Below, in pieces: positions 48,483 to 59,111 of a DNA stretch of 64,000 nt. The DNA is from a bacterium. GTDB lineage: Bacteria; Patescibacteriota; Minisyncoccia; Phycocordibacterales; UBA12088. The notes under the pieces are model-generated. The model saw only the letters and a program-made list of their open reading frames with translations, did no database searches and was not told where the DNA came from. The stretch covers positions 7,127-71,126 of the forward strand of contig QKEV01000011.1 in NCBI GenBank assembly GCA_003252295.1, given 5' to 3'. A program made the position numbers and the translations under genes. How positions within the stretch are numbered: the stretch's first letter is position 1; each line of letters opens with the position of its first letter.

Positions 48483-49307
48483 CTAAAAGCTATTTTTTGG
48501 CAGCACACCAAAATGCAAAAGTCCTTCTAAAACTCCCGATGCATAGTTACCATTGTAAGACCCTTCCCCATGAGCAAAGTATACCCTATCAATAATTCCC
48601 TTATCTTGTGCAATACATTGCACCTGGTCTTTAACTACAGCAGGTGCATTGTGTACTAGTATCGCTTTGTATCCACTTGTGAGAGGTAAAATATCATTAC
48701 CACTATCTCCCGCATATACCACATCTTCATTAGCGAGATTGAGTTTACCAACGAGGTACTGCAGTGCTGTTTCTTTTGTTGCAACAGTTGGCAACACATC
48801 TATGAGACCGAGGTTCTTATGTGGATCGACGCTACCCACTACTCGCACATCGTTACCACTCACTATCACAGCACGCCCTTCAACATACCTTACCCACTCT
48901 GTAAGTTTTTCAGGATTCTTAACGTAGTAACTTAACTTAAACTTGTTCTGTACGTACTCCTCCTGAAGAAATAATTCTTCCGTTCCAGTAACCTTTTCTT
49001 GTATTGCACGAACATTCCATCGCGGTGCTTCCCTTTGCACGTACTCCTCCCACATTTCCTCTTGAACCATCACACCATCTTCATCTTTTCTATAGAGTGT
49101 TGTTCCAACGTCACCAATAAGGTAGTCAGGAAAACCAAGTCCAAAGGTGTCTTTTGCCTCATACACCATGGAAAGATTTCTCCCTGTTACGTACACAAGT
49201 GTATGTTCAGAAGTATGCATGAACTCAAGAAACTTCCCAAGCATTCCATCGTCTGGTTCATGTCCATTAGGAAGAAGTGTTCTGTCTAAATCACAAGCAA
49301 CGAGCAT
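48483..49307 (-). CDS. HAD-IIB hydrolase, sucrose-phosphatase-like
   Basis: DLDRTL, YVTGR, KLSYY, AGDSGND. Confidence 0.85.
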   Translation of the reverse strand: MLVACDLDRTLLPNGHEPDDGMLGKFLEFMHTSEHTLVYVTGRNLSMVYEAKDTFGLGFPDYLIGDVGTTLYRKDEDGVMVQEEMWEEYVQREAPRWNVRAIQEKVTGTEELFLQEEYVQNKFKLSYYVKNPEKLTEWVRYVEGRAVIVSGNDVRVVGSVDPHKNLGLIDVLPTVATKETALQYLVGKLNLANEDVVYAGDSGNDILPLTSGYKAILVHNAPAVVKDQVQCIAQDKGIIDRVYFAHGEGSYNGNYASGVLEGLLHFGVLPKNSF

Positions 49308-49308
49308 A

Positions 49309-50505
49309 CTACAAGGTGAGGTAGTTAACCTGCTCACGAATTTTCTTGTATGCAAGAATGTATCCAGCTGCAGAAAAACCGAGTTCAGTGGTTCCTCGAG
49401 GTTCATACGTTTCGCCATGATAGAACTCAGGAAAAATATACATATCTCTCTTCAGGGTGTTAGCAAAACTCTCTAACCGGTACTCAACACTTTCATCATG
49501 ATCAGCAGCACCTGCAAGGAAGAAGCCATGTACGAGCGGCCAGAGTCCACCATTATGAAAACAGTACGGCTTATTTTTAAATTCATAGAGATAGTTATCT
49601 TTGAGGAACACCCACATTGGATCCTGCTCATCTATCACCGGACTAAATGCGGGAAGTATAGGGAGTGTGTCGTTCATACATCGTGAGAAGACGGTGTGCG
49701 TGATGGCAGTTTTCATGTCCTCATCAATAATATCGAGTACCAAGAGTAGTGCATTATCAAAATTTGCCACCCTGTGGTTAAATGCATTATGTGCAGAAAA
49801 GTACGCAATCGGAAGTGGTGGACTGTATGTTTCGAGACTCATTTCAAAGAGCGACTTATTGTATACCCTTGGATGATGTACATGCTTCTTTTGTGGAAAG
49901 TAGTTAACAGCAATAAGCTCACGCAGTACATCTGCACGCTCATCGGTACGCTGGTCATGAGTAAGGAGGTAGTAATTCCGTAGTGCTGTGTAGTACAACA
50001 CTTGGTCAAACAGTACATACGCATGTGTAATGTACTCATCAGCCCAATCACCCCCTTGCGGCACATAGAGCAAACCTCTTCCATTCAACTCAAGACACTC
50101 AAGATAAAACAAAGCTTTCTTTATCTCCTCATGCAGTTCATCAAAAATAAAATGCTCTCCTGTTCTCAGAGTGTATTGACACACACCAATAACAAACCAA
50201 ATAGTGGCATCAACCCTTCCTACTGTTGTACCGTAACTTTTCGTTCCCTCATCAAGTGTCACATTACTCACAATCCGTCCTGTGTGGTCTTGATTTCTTG
50301 CAAGTGTATGCAATGTAGCGAGAAATGTCTGCTTGAGGTCCTCACGTCCAGTTAACATACCAGCAAGACCAGCAATGATACCGTCACGTGACCAAATGCG
50401 CTTATAATTTGCAACATCCTCAAGAGAAGCAACAAACCCTTTTTCAGTTTGCAGGTGAGTAAGTAGATCTATGCTTTTTTCGTACGCTTCTTCAACAACT
50501 GACAT
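49309..50505 (-). CDS. GH100 neutral invertase-like / (alpha/alpha)6 glycosidase
   Basis: IWSRD, GRVDATIWF, GGDWADE, FHNGGLWP, FSAAGY; 1 nt from the HAD gene. Confidence 0.8.
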   Translation of the reverse strand: MSVVEEAYEKSIDLLTHLQTEKGFVASLEDVANYKRIWSRDGIIAGLAGMLTGREDLKQTFLATLHTLARNQDHTGRIVSNVTLDEGTKSYGTTVGRVDATIWFVIGVCQYTLRTGEHFIFDELHEEIKKALFYLECLELNGRGLLYVPQGGDWADEYITHAYVLFDQVLYYTALRNYYLLTHDQRTDERADVLRELIAVNYFPQKKHVHHPRVYNKSLFEMSLETYSPPLPIAYFSAHNAFNHRVANFDNALLLVLDIIDEDMKTAITHTVFSRCMNDTLPILPAFSPVIDEQDPMWVFLKDNYLYEFKNKPYCFHNGGLWPLVHGFFLAGAADHDESVEYRLESFANTLKRDMYIFPEFYHGETYEPRGTTELGFSAAGYILAYKKIREQVNYLTL

Positions 50506-50651
50506 GACTCCTATACATACAGTTAAACACATCTTTCGCTTTACCTGCGGAACTTATGCACAAACAATATCACCTTGCATCACATGTACATTTAAGAACT
50601 ATATTTTGCAGATTAGAAACAAATGGTTGTATATAAAAAAAAGGGGGCAAC

Positions 50652-51485
50652 ATGGAACAAACTGTTCAAAAAAATCAAGTTATACTCACATACAACAGGA
50701 TGCTTGGTTTACCAGTAATACACATTTCTCATGAACTTAAGCAAGAAATAAGAGGAGGACTTACAGTACAGTACATACAGCAACTAAGAGAAGAGTACAA
50801 GATACCAAAGAGAATACCGTTCAGTAACCTTACTAGTATAGGATTTGGTTTTAATGACACCTTTACCTGTGGAGACCCAACAGAAACCCATTCACGATAC
50901 CTATTTAGCCCTAAACCAATATGTGCAATCACCTCGCAAACATGCTGTGAATGCAGCAGTATTGACTCAGCTAAGGAGGGTTGCATCTACTGCGAAGGAA
51001 GTGGGAAAAAGCTGCGCAAAGATGCAATGGTCGGACTACGACTTGCAGCAAGTTTACAAGCACTGTTTGACCAAGCTGCAATGTGCTTAAAAGATGTACA
51101 AATACCCTTACATATCACCTTTAGAAAAACGCAAACTGGGTATAATATCAAGGGACATCTCGCTGAACGACTGGTGCGGTACTTTCAAAAACCCATTGAA
51201 CACTACGTATGCAAATGCGTTACGTTCGCAATGAGTAGCATGTACATGAAACTTTGGCAGACATACACTCGTGACTGTCCTACTGCAGAGTCAGTCAAAG
51301 CTTATCAAGAGCATCAAAGCTTTGCACTTACCATTGCAGACAAGAGCATGTTACTGTTTAGTAAACCTACAGCAGATGCTGACATAGTTACATTTGAAAG
51401 CCATGGTGTAAAAACACCACTTGAGCTACTCGTATACTTCAGTGGTCTTGCGATGCTCAGCAACACACTACACTACAACCGTTAA
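50652..51485 (+). CDS. Hypothetical protein with CxxC...CxxCxGxG finger
   Basis: CCEC...CIYCEGSG; GGGGG SD. Confidence 0.6.
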   Translation: MEQTVQKNQVILTYNRMLGLPVIHISHELKQEIRGGLTVQYIQQLREEYKIPKRIPFSNLTSIGFGFNDTFTCGDPTETHSRYLFSPKPICAITSQTCCECSSIDSAKEGCIYCEGSGKKLRKDAMVGLRLAASLQALFDQAAMCLKDVQIPLHITFRKTQTGYNIKGHLAERLVRYFQKPIEHYVCKCVTFAMSSMYMKLWQTYTRDCPTAESVKAYQEHQSFALTIADKSMLLFSKPTADADIVTFESHGVKTPLELLVYFSGLAMLSNTLHYNR

Positions 51486-51488
51486 TCC

Positions 51489-51818
51489 ATGCCCTGCGTA
51501 CTGCAGGGCATTTCTATTCTCAAGCGTTCTCTTTTTGCCGAACCACCTCATCGTGTACATCATGTATACGAGTATCCACGTATTAACCCTGGTATCGGCT
51601 TTTGCATCACCACCTATACTGGTGATGGAAGTCCACTCCCTTCTTTTGAAGGAGGACCATACCCTGTACCAATCGTTGGCGACACTATGATGGAGGTTGT
51701 AGACAACTACTGGTCTGCACTCAACAAGGACAACTGTGTATCGCTTGCTGTTAAATTCATCAATATCAAAACGGGCAAAAGTTACATACATGTAAAAAAC
51801 CGTTTTGAAAAAGTTTGA
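51489..51818 (+). CDS. Hypothetical protein
   Basis: 3 nt after the previous gene; terminator at 51835-51868. Confidence 0.5.
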   Translation: MPCVLQGISILKRSLFAEPPHRVHHVYEYPRINPGIGFCITTYTGDGSPLPSFEGGPYPVPIVGDTMMEVVDNYWSALNKDNCVSLAVKFINIKTGKSYIHVKNRFEKV

Positions 51819-51909
51819 TCTTTGCTCATGCAGTATAAAGCTGGAAGAGGTATCTCTTCCAGCTTTATTGTAAATTGATATTACCTCATGAAGTAATACA
51901 CAAAAACCA

Positions 51910-52374
51910 CTATGAAGTTTTTACACGAACGTACTCACGCCAAGTGAGCCACAGTATGAAAATGTCTACCAAAATTACCGATAGCAGTATCAGGGAATGG
52001 GTATGACTCATCCGTACCATCTCATACAGTACAAAAGCTCCTATAAGAACGAAACTTACCGGAAATGCCCACAGCTTATGTTTGATAAGGTTGTATGAAA
52101 GGATAATGTCTATGAGACCCCAGAAAATGAGATAGACAGCAAGAAAGTATGAAATAGAAATAGGATGATTAGTGAGAACATGTGTTGTTAAGGTGAAAAG
52201 CAAGTCATTTGGATCTTCAATAAGTTCATGACTCATCACCCTTGTAACAAGATCTATGAGAGGAATGTTGATGAGTCTCACAACAACAAGTCCTGACAAG
52301 ATACGCAACGTACCATAGGCAATACGCCACCACATACCAACAACAAACATCTGCTCTCCAAGCAATCTTTTCAT
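51910..52374 (-). CDS. DUF2127-like membrane protein
   Basis: ELIEDPND, YLIFWG, KLWAFP, DIFILWLTWREY. Confidence 0.75.
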   Translation of the reverse strand: MKRLLGEQMFVVGMWWRIAYGTLRILSGLVVVRLINIPLIDLVTRVMSHELIEDPNDLLFTLTTHVLTNHPISISYFLAVYLIFWGLIDIILSYNLIKHKLWAFPVSFVLIGAFVLYEMVRMSHTHSLILLSVILVDIFILWLTWREYVRVKTS

Positions 52375-52467
52375 CTGCTTAGTATATCAGTTTAAACTAG
52401 AAATACTGTACAGATACAGTATTTTCGGGTTGAGTAATCCTAAAAGCATAGTAAAATCAAAAGGAAT

Positions 52468-52953
52468 ATGACTATAAAAGATTTACACGAATTTCGTGAC
52501 CTGATCATAAAATCAAACACACCCGTTTCTGAAGTAGAGTTTACAAAAGACAACTACAATCATGGAGGTAAGCTTATAAAAAAAGGGTTGCCGACCATTA
52601 CAACAGATTTTTGTGAAATGGGACTTTTTAATGATGAAATATACTTTGTTTTTATTATTGAATCAGAAACATTCAGTGTAGGATTATTTGACAATATTAA
52701 AGAAAAATCTGGCATCAACATATACGGCTACACTGATTTTCACACAACGTTTTACCCCAACGAGAACCTCACTCTCAACGAACTCATAGAGAAGGTGCAG
52801 GAAGACAAGTACCTACAAATTCAATTTGACTTTCAAAGTTCTGACCTGACGTACCTTTTTAAAGAGTACACAAACCTCATAAGTATTTTCAAAAAGAACA
52901 AAGCAGTGGTTATAAACCAGCTCACAACAAAGCTGCCAAAGATAATAAAGTAG
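52468..52953 (+). CDS. Hypothetical protein
   Basis: 161-aa AT-rich ORF. Confidence 0.6.
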   Translation: MTIKDLHEFRDLIIKSNTPVSEVEFTKDNYNHGGKLIKKGLPTITTDFCEMGLFNDEIYFVFIIESETFSVGLFDNIKEKSGINIYGYTDFHTTFYPNENLTLNELIEKVQEDKYLQIQFDFQSSDLTYLFKEYTNLISIFKKNKAVVINQLTTKLPKIIK

Positions 52954-52973
52954 AATAGTGTACTCAGCGCATA

Positions 52974-53864
52974 CTACGCACTGAATTCCTGTTTGATCTT
53001 GTCGTAATCTTTTGTACCTACCAGTTTTATCTTAGAGATAATTTCATTTCGAAATTCTTCGGAAAGATTATGGTTGTTCAATGCATCTACCATTTCAATT
53101 GCATGTACGTATAGTTTGAGCATGGCATCTGCCGTCTCATTATCCACTTGTGGCAACATATCAGCGTTACCTGAAAGGTAGCTCACAATATCACCCGAAC
53201 GATCAGCAACCGCATCGATTACCTTCTTTTGTGCCAGTGGCTTAATAAAACCACTCACGTTCTCTATGAGTTCCTTTGCTTTTGCATTAGTTTCTTTGAT
53301 TATGTGTTTAGCTTGCTCCTGTACCTCAACAGCAGCTCCTTCATTATCCAACCTAACCTGTTCGATAGTATAAGAGGGTTGTGCAAACTGCGACTCTGCA
53401 GCATGACCCTGATCAGCAGCAAATGTCGCTGTTGCAAGCGTGATTGTCAAAAAACTTGCCGCAGCTACAGCAAGTTTTTTGGGAAACAGTAATCTTACTT
53501 TTTCAAGAAACAAACTTGGGTCACCATTTTGCAATGCCCTTTCAACTTCCACTCTTTCAGGTTCCTCTATCCTCAACTCCATGAGAAGCTCCTTGATACC
53601 TCTCTCGGCAGCATCAAAAGTGAGTCTAGTGTACTCACGTAAAACTTCATCTGTAGAAAGTCCCGTCATCTCTTCAAGTCGAGAGAGTTCATCGTTGAGA
53701 GTGTCCATTTCACGTATCGCCTGCTCACGTTCTTTACCTTCTGGCATTTCTTCAACTTGGTAATTTTTCAACTCAAGTTCAAGTGCTTCTTCCTGCATTT
53801 CCCTTTTTAAGTCTGTTTCTTGTTCAGACCCATGTATATGTTGCGGTGTATCTTCTGGACTCAT
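52974..53864 (-). CDS. Hypothetical protein: Glu-rich coiled coil, central TM, helical C-domain
   Basis: 296-aa ORF; hydrophobic LAVAAASFLTITLATATFA. Confidence 0.65.
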   Translation of the reverse strand: MSPEDTPQHIHGSEQETDLKREMQEEALELELKNYQVEEMPEGKEREQAIREMDTLNDELSRLEEMTGLSTDEVLREYTRLTFDAAERGIKELLMELRIEEPERVEVERALQNGDPSLFLEKVRLLFPKKLAVAAASFLTITLATATFAADQGHAAESQFAQPSYTIEQVRLDNEGAAVEVQEQAKHIIKETNAKAKELIENVSGFIKPLAQKKVIDAVADRSGDIVSYLSGNADMLPQVDNETADAMLKLYVHAIEMVDALNNHNLSEEFRNEIISKIKLVGTKDYDKIKQEFSA

Positions 53865-53971
53865 AAGTTGTTTTTAATTCTATCTCTAAACTACTAAATT
53901 ACAAGACATCACCTATACACATTTGCACCACTATCGTACTTTTATGCAAGGTGTGCTAGTATCCCAGAACA

Positions 53972-54973
53972 ATGGACTGGCACAACATACAAACAGCACT
54001 AGAAGGCGAGCCCGGTTTCCGACTCAAGCAGGTTAAAAAGGCACTCTTTGTTGACCTAATTGATGACTGGGACAAGGTGACCGTACTACCAAAGAAGCTT
54101 CGTGAAGAGCTTGCCATATCTTGCCCACTCGACATACCAGCACAGGTTTTTCACTCAAAGGATGAAGCAACAGTAAAGGTACTCCTCACCCTCTCAGATG
54201 GAGTACAGATAGAGTCAGTACTCATGAGGCACAGCACAGGACGCAATACTGTCTGTGTATCAACCCTCGTCGGCTGTCCAATGGGATGCACGTTCTGCGC
54301 AACAGCAACCATGGGACTCGTACGGAAGCTTACCTCAAGCGAGATAATTGCCCAGGTACTTTTCTTCTCCAGATTACTCAGTAAGGAAAACGAACGGGTA
54401 GGAAGTATCGTCTTCATGGGTATGGGTGAGCCATTCCTCAACTACGACGTAGTTATGGATACAGTACGTATACTCAATGACCCGGAAATGTTCTCTATTG
54501 GTGCACGACACATCTCTATCTCTACCTGTGGCATACTCGAGGGTATTCAAAAGCTTGCAGAAGAATCACTACCGGTTAACCTTGCTATTTCACTCCATGG
54601 TAGCAATGACGAAGTGAGGAAACAGCTCATGCCGATTGCCCGCACGTACACACTGAAAGAGTTGATGACGGTCATTGATGGCTACATAGAGAAAACACAC
54701 CGAAAGGTCATGTTCGAGTACCTGCTTGTTGAAGGGATAAACGACAAAGATGAGCACGCTATCGAGCTTGCCCACCTACTGAAAGGTAAACTTTGCATGG
54801 TGAACCTCATTTCCTACAACGAGACCGGTAAGTACACAGCAACCACCGAGCAAGGTGTCGAACGCTTTAAAAAACTCCTACGGAAAAACGGTATTGAAGT
54901 ATCGATACGTTTCAGGTTTGGTAGAGATATCGAAGGTGCTTGCGGACAGCTCGCAACGAAGAGTAGTAAGTAA
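53972..54973 (+). CDS. rlmN: 23S rRNA m2A2503 methyltransferase RlmN
   Basis: CVSTLVGCPMGCTFC, MGMGEP, ISLH, GACGQL. Confidence 0.95.
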   Translation: MDWHNIQTALEGEPGFRLKQVKKALFVDLIDDWDKVTVLPKKLREELAISCPLDIPAQVFHSKDEATVKVLLTLSDGVQIESVLMRHSTGRNTVCVSTLVGCPMGCTFCATATMGLVRKLTSSEIIAQVLFFSRLLSKENERVGSIVFMGMGEPFLNYDVVMDTVRILNDPEMFSIGARHISISTCGILEGIQKLAEESLPVNLAISLHGSNDEVRKQLMPIARTYTLKELMTVIDGYIEKTHRKVMFEYLLVEGINDKDEHAIELAHLLKGKLCMVNLISYNETGKYTATTEQGVERFKKLLRKNGIEVSIRFRFGRDIEGACGQLATKSSK

Positions 54974-54983
54974 CAACCCGGTA

Positions 54984-57536
54984 TTAATAGTGCTCACGCA
55001 TGTGTGGGTGCAGGTACAGCTTTACGAGCTCAAACCATACAACACTCACAACCGCTATACCCACAACAAGGAAGATATCTATAACCGGTAGTGCTACTAC
55101 ATGGAAGAGTTCAGCAAAGAACGGTACATAGAACACTACTCCGAGACAGACAAGTGCTGCTGTCGTCACCACGTAGAGTGTTTTGTTACCCGAAAAGAAT
55201 GAGGACACCACACTGCGCTCCCAGGACAAATTAGTGACAATGAGCATGAGGTTTGAAAGTACGAGTAATGAGAAAACAAAACTTCGTGCAAGTTCTTCAC
55301 TCCTGCCTGAAGTGATTGCATAGTGATAGGTAATGAAAGTTACCACAAGCACACCGAGACCCTGTATCACACTTAACGTCACTGCACGTAAGCTAAACAT
55401 GGAATGGTTGAGGTCACGTGGCTTACGACGCATGAGGTCACGTGCACCACGCTGAGACTCAAACACTGTTGAACATGCAGGGTCAATAATGAGCTCTAGA
55501 AACGCTATGTGGGCTGGCAGCAAGACTGCTGGCAGACCAAAAACAAGTGGTAGTACCGACATGCCTGCAATAGGTACATGTATTGCAATGATGTACCCCA
55601 TAGAACGTTTCAGGTTACCGTAGATGCGTCTTCCAAGTCGTACCGCTGCCACGATCGAAGAGAAATCATCATCCAAGAGTATAAGTGCAGATGCCTCACG
55701 TGCAACGTCGGTACCACGCTCACCCATCGCTATACCGATATGTGCCGCCTTGAGTGCAGGTGCATCATTCACGCCATCACCCGTCATTGCCACAATGTCA
55801 CCGTTTGCCTTCAAAGCGTTCACTATGAGCAGTTTTTGCTCAGGTAGCACACGGGCAAAAATGTTCACCGTTTTGATTCTCTCCTGCAACTCAGCCGGTG
55901 GAAGGTTTGCGAGATCCTCACCGGTAAGGTAGCTTTCAGTGTCACGTATACCTATCTGCTGCCCGATGTACTGTGCGGTACCTGGATAGTCGCCCGTGAT
56001 CATAATGACGCGCATCCCTGCCCCGTACGCTTCTTCTACTGCTCGCGGTGCTGTCTCACGAGGTGGGTCAATAAAACCAACGAGACCAATGTATGTGTAA
56101 GTAAACTCTTGTTGGTGCTCAGGTAGTGCTTCTGCGTCACAGGTTGCTTGTGCAACTGCTAGTACACGCAAGCCGGTTGATGACATGTGCTCAACGGTCT
56201 CCAGAATTACCCTTCGCTCCTCGTCAGGCAAGTGACACAAGTTTGCGACCGCCTCAGGGGCACCTTTGACCGCGACAGTGCAAGGACCACCATGCTCTGA
56301 GTCACTCCAAACACGCGTAACAGCAAGACACTCCGGTGTGATTGGATACTCTTTTACAAACTTGAAACGGTCAACAAGATGCTCATGGTGTTCAGACCTG
56401 CCTTCACACACCCTGCGAAGTTCTTTCTCCATTGCATCGTACGGCTCTTTTTGACTCGCGAGCACACTATATGAGAGGAGTTGCTGGTACTCCTCTGGGA
56501 TTTCTGCAAGTGCATCATTGCGTATCTCATATGAAGCATTTCCCAAGTACAAACGTGATAAACGCATGGAATTGTGGGTAAGGGTGCCAGTCTTGTCAGT
56601 GCAGAGCACTGTAGCAGCACCTAAGGTTTCAATAGCTGCTGAACGTCGAGTTAAAACGTGACGTTTCGATATGCGCCACGCACCAAGGGTGAGAAAAATA
56701 GCGAGCACGACAGGAAACTCTTCAGGCAAGAGCGCCATCGCGAGCGTGAGCCCTGAGAGGAAACTCTCGAGCAGGTTACCTGTCGCCAGAGTAGAGAGCA
56801 CAACAACCACGATACACAACACCACAGCTATCACTGCTATGGTTCTCACGACACGAGATGTCTCCTTATGGAGAAGCGTTTGCTCGGTAGTGATACTCCC
56901 CAAACTCTTACCAATCTTCCCTATCTCAGTATGCACTCCCGTTTTATCAACTCGTGCCACAGCATGTCCGGACACAATGAGGGTGCCTGAGTACACGAAG
57001 GGCAGGTCCTCACCTCCTGGTCGCACCTCTTCCACTTCCCCACTCAGGACTGTTTTGCGCACTGCTACTGACTCACCAGTAAGGAGTGATTCGTCTACGA
57101 GTAGGTTGTTAGTCTCAAGGATCGAAGCATCAGCAGGAACACGGTCACCCTCACGCAATATCATAATGTCACCCCGCACCACCTCACGTCCTGCTATACG
57201 TTTCTGAACGCCATCGCGTATGACGAGTGCACGAGGACTCGAAAGGTCACGTAATGCCTCGAGTGTCTTCTCGGTCTTGTGTTCCTGATAGACGGTAATA
57301 ATCACTACCACAAATACGGCGATGAGGAGCATGATGGCGTCTCCGAGTGACCCCATGAAGAGGTAAATCGTACCGCTCGCAATGAGCAAGAGAAGCATTG
57401 GCTCAGAGAGCACCTTGAGAAAGGTCATGAGACCATTCTGCTTCTTTTGTGATGGAAGTTCGTTGTATCCTTCGGTGCGAAGCAGTCGAGTTGCCTCCTC
57501 CGTGGTGAGTCCTGTGTATGTTTTCGGATTCGGCAT
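54984..57536 (-). CDS. Cation-transporting P-type ATPase (type II-like)
   Basis: TGES, PEEFP, DKTGT, KGAPE, TGDGVND. Confidence 0.96.
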   Translation of the reverse strand: MPNPKTYTGLTTEEATRLLRTEGYNELPSQKKQNGLMTFLKVLSEPMLLLLIASGTIYLFMGSLGDAIMLLIAVFVVVIITVYQEHKTEKTLEALRDLSSPRALVIRDGVQKRIAGREVVRGDIMILREGDRVPADASILETNNLLVDESLLTGESVAVRKTVLSGEVEEVRPGGEDLPFVYSGTLIVSGHAVARVDKTGVHTEIGKIGKSLGSITTEQTLLHKETSRVVRTIAVIAVVLCIVVVVLSTLATGNLLESFLSGLTLAMALLPEEFPVVLAIFLTLGAWRISKRHVLTRRSAAIETLGAATVLCTDKTGTLTHNSMRLSRLYLGNASYEIRNDALAEIPEEYQQLLSYSVLASQKEPYDAMEKELRRVCEGRSEHHEHLVDRFKFVKEYPITPECLAVTRVWSDSEHGGPCTVAVKGAPEAVANLCHLPDEERRVILETVEHMSSTGLRVLAVAQATCDAEALPEHQQEFTYTYIGLVGFIDPPRETAPRAVEEAYGAGMRVIMITGDYPGTAQYIGQQIGIRDTESYLTGEDLANLPPAELQERIKTVNIFARVLPEQKLLIVNALKANGDIVAMTGDGVNDAPALKAAHIGIAMGERGTDVAREASALILLDDDFSSIVAAVRLGRRIYGNLKRSMGYIIAIHVPIAGMSVLPLVFGLPAVLLPAHIAFLELIIDPACSTVFESQRGARDLMRRKPRDLNHSMFSLRAVTLSVIQGLGVLVVTFITYHYAITSGRSEELARSFVFSLLVLSNLMLIVTNLSWERSVVSSFFSGNKTLYVVTTAALVCLGVVFYVPFFAELFHVVALPVIDIFLVVGIAVVSVVWFELVKLYLHPHMREHY

Positions 57537-57642
57537 ATGGTCTGTGTATTATAAAAGAGTACGCTACTATCTTCTAGTGACTTTTTACATAACAAGCACT
57601 GTCTTTACACTACACTCTATGGCATTTGCTATACTACTAATA

Positions 57643-57894
57643 ATGAGTGTTGCAAAGATACAAACCGGTGTAGTTCATAAGGTGCCGCAAGACCTACGGG
57701 AAGTATTATTGGAAAATACTGATGTCTTAGAGCTATGGAACAACCTAACACCACTTGCCCGCAATGAATGGATCTGTTGGGTTACCATTGTGGTAAAGGA
57801 GGAGACGAGAGAAAAGCACCTCAAGCGACTCTGTGAGGATCTCCGCAAAGGCAAACACCGACCGTGCTGCTGGGCAGGGTGCCCTCATCGGTAA
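57643..57894 (+). CDS. YdeI/OmpD-associated family protein
   Basis: VPQDL...LTPLARNEWICWV...TR...RPCCWAGC. Confidence 0.8.
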   Translation: MSVAKIQTGVVHKVPQDLREVLLENTDVLELWNNLTPLARNEWICWVTIVVKEETREKHLKRLCEDLRKGKHRPCCWAGCPHR

Positions 57895-57923
57895 AAAATA
57901 TAAAGTGTACTAAATTCACAACA

Positions 57924-58700
57924 TCACACACTCATGAGCACCTTTTGATGTTTCTTTGTAAAATCCCATATTTCATGTAGAAAGTCCTCAAAATGCTTAC
58001 CTGATCTTAGATGTTTTTTGTACATTTTTGTGTAATGGGTCACGGGTCGCTTCCCTTCAATGCGAATTTTTTGAAATTGAGTATATGTCCTCTGCTTATC
58101 TTTAAACAATGTTTTGAAGTATGGATGTTCATTGAGGATCACGTCAGTAATTATTTCACTGAGTCTCCACACCAAATGTGGCTCATCCAACTCCTCGTAC
58201 TTTGTTTCAGGAAAAACTTCCATCCATTTTTTGAAATATACAAAATGCAGTATTTCATGACACGTGATTTCCCTTACTCTTCCTGGATTAAAGTAACTCA
58301 CGTTGAATGTCCAGTTATGTAGCCAACGTGGGTACACAGGAACCATGCTCACATAAGCTTTAAGCGTTTTGCGATTACTAGGAAACTTCGTTTCAACATG
58401 TTCACTCAGAGCGGTAAGGAACTTCTTCTCTACTGATTGCCAACCTTTTATGTTCATCCTGAGAGCACTATCAAACTGCTTACTGTTTTGTTTACGATAC
58501 GTATTGGCGTACGCATGACAAATACGCATTCTTTTTTTATCATCAGTCACACCCTCAAGCGCGAGTTTAAGTTCAGGATGACATTGAAAAACAACTTCAG
58601 CCAAGTCGAAACCCACTTCTTGTGGCTCACAAAAATCACACAAAACCCTTGCTTCCTTAGCTACCGAAGGCAACACAAATTCTACTTTTGGTGTAAACAT
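57924..58700 (-). CDS. Hypothetical protein with HExxH zincin-like motif
   Basis: HEILH followed by LSE. Confidence 0.65.
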   Translation of the reverse strand: MFTPKVEFVLPSVAKEARVLCDFCEPQEVGFDLAEVVFQCHPELKLALEGVTDDKKRMRICHAYANTYRKQNSKQFDSALRMNIKGWQSVEKKFLTALSEHVETKFPSNRKTLKAYVSMVPVYPRWLHNWTFNVSYFNPGRVREITCHEILHFVYFKKWMEVFPETKYEELDEPHLVWRLSEIITDVILNEHPYFKTLFKDKQRTYTQFQKIRIEGKRPVTHYTKMYKKHLRSGKHFEDFLHEIWDFTKKHQKVLMSV

Positions 58701-58817
58701 AAAATATAGTATATCACTTAAAAGATTGGTTATTTTTAAAGTGTATATTTTTTAATAACAAGAGCCGCACTGTACTTGCCAGTGCGGCCCAAACATTGAA
58801 CATGTATTAGCTTCTTT

Positions 58818-59081
58818 TTATTGCTTTTTTATTCCATCAGGAAATTTGTTGATAAATTCTACAATCATTGCCTCAACAACACAGACGACTACTTCGTCTA
58901 CACGTACTCCGTGTGTAAATGATAAAGGAACATCCTTAAGTGCATCTGAAATAAAACTTCCGGTCCTTGCGGTATCTCCTCCACCAATGGTCGGAAAAAT
59001 CTCGCCAACCTCTGCAGTGATCTTTGCAATCAAATCTTGAATATCGATCGTTACAGCATTTTTATCATCCATATCACCCAT
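58818..59081 (-). CDS. Hypothetical protein
   Basis: GGAGG SD; follows the ClpX-finger gene. Confidence 0.55.
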   Translation of the reverse strand: MGDMDDKNAVTIDIQDLIAKITAEVGEIFPTIGGGDTARTGSFISDALKDVPLSFTHGVRVDEVVVCVVEAMIVEFINKFPDGIKKQ

Positions 59082-59111
59082 GATATCCTCCAATTAATCA
59101 ATAAAATGAGT

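Noticed and set aside
53972-54973. Second RiPP radical SAM enzyme or Cfr
   Set aside because: The motifs are those of housekeeping RlmN; no SPASM domain and no adjacent peptide.
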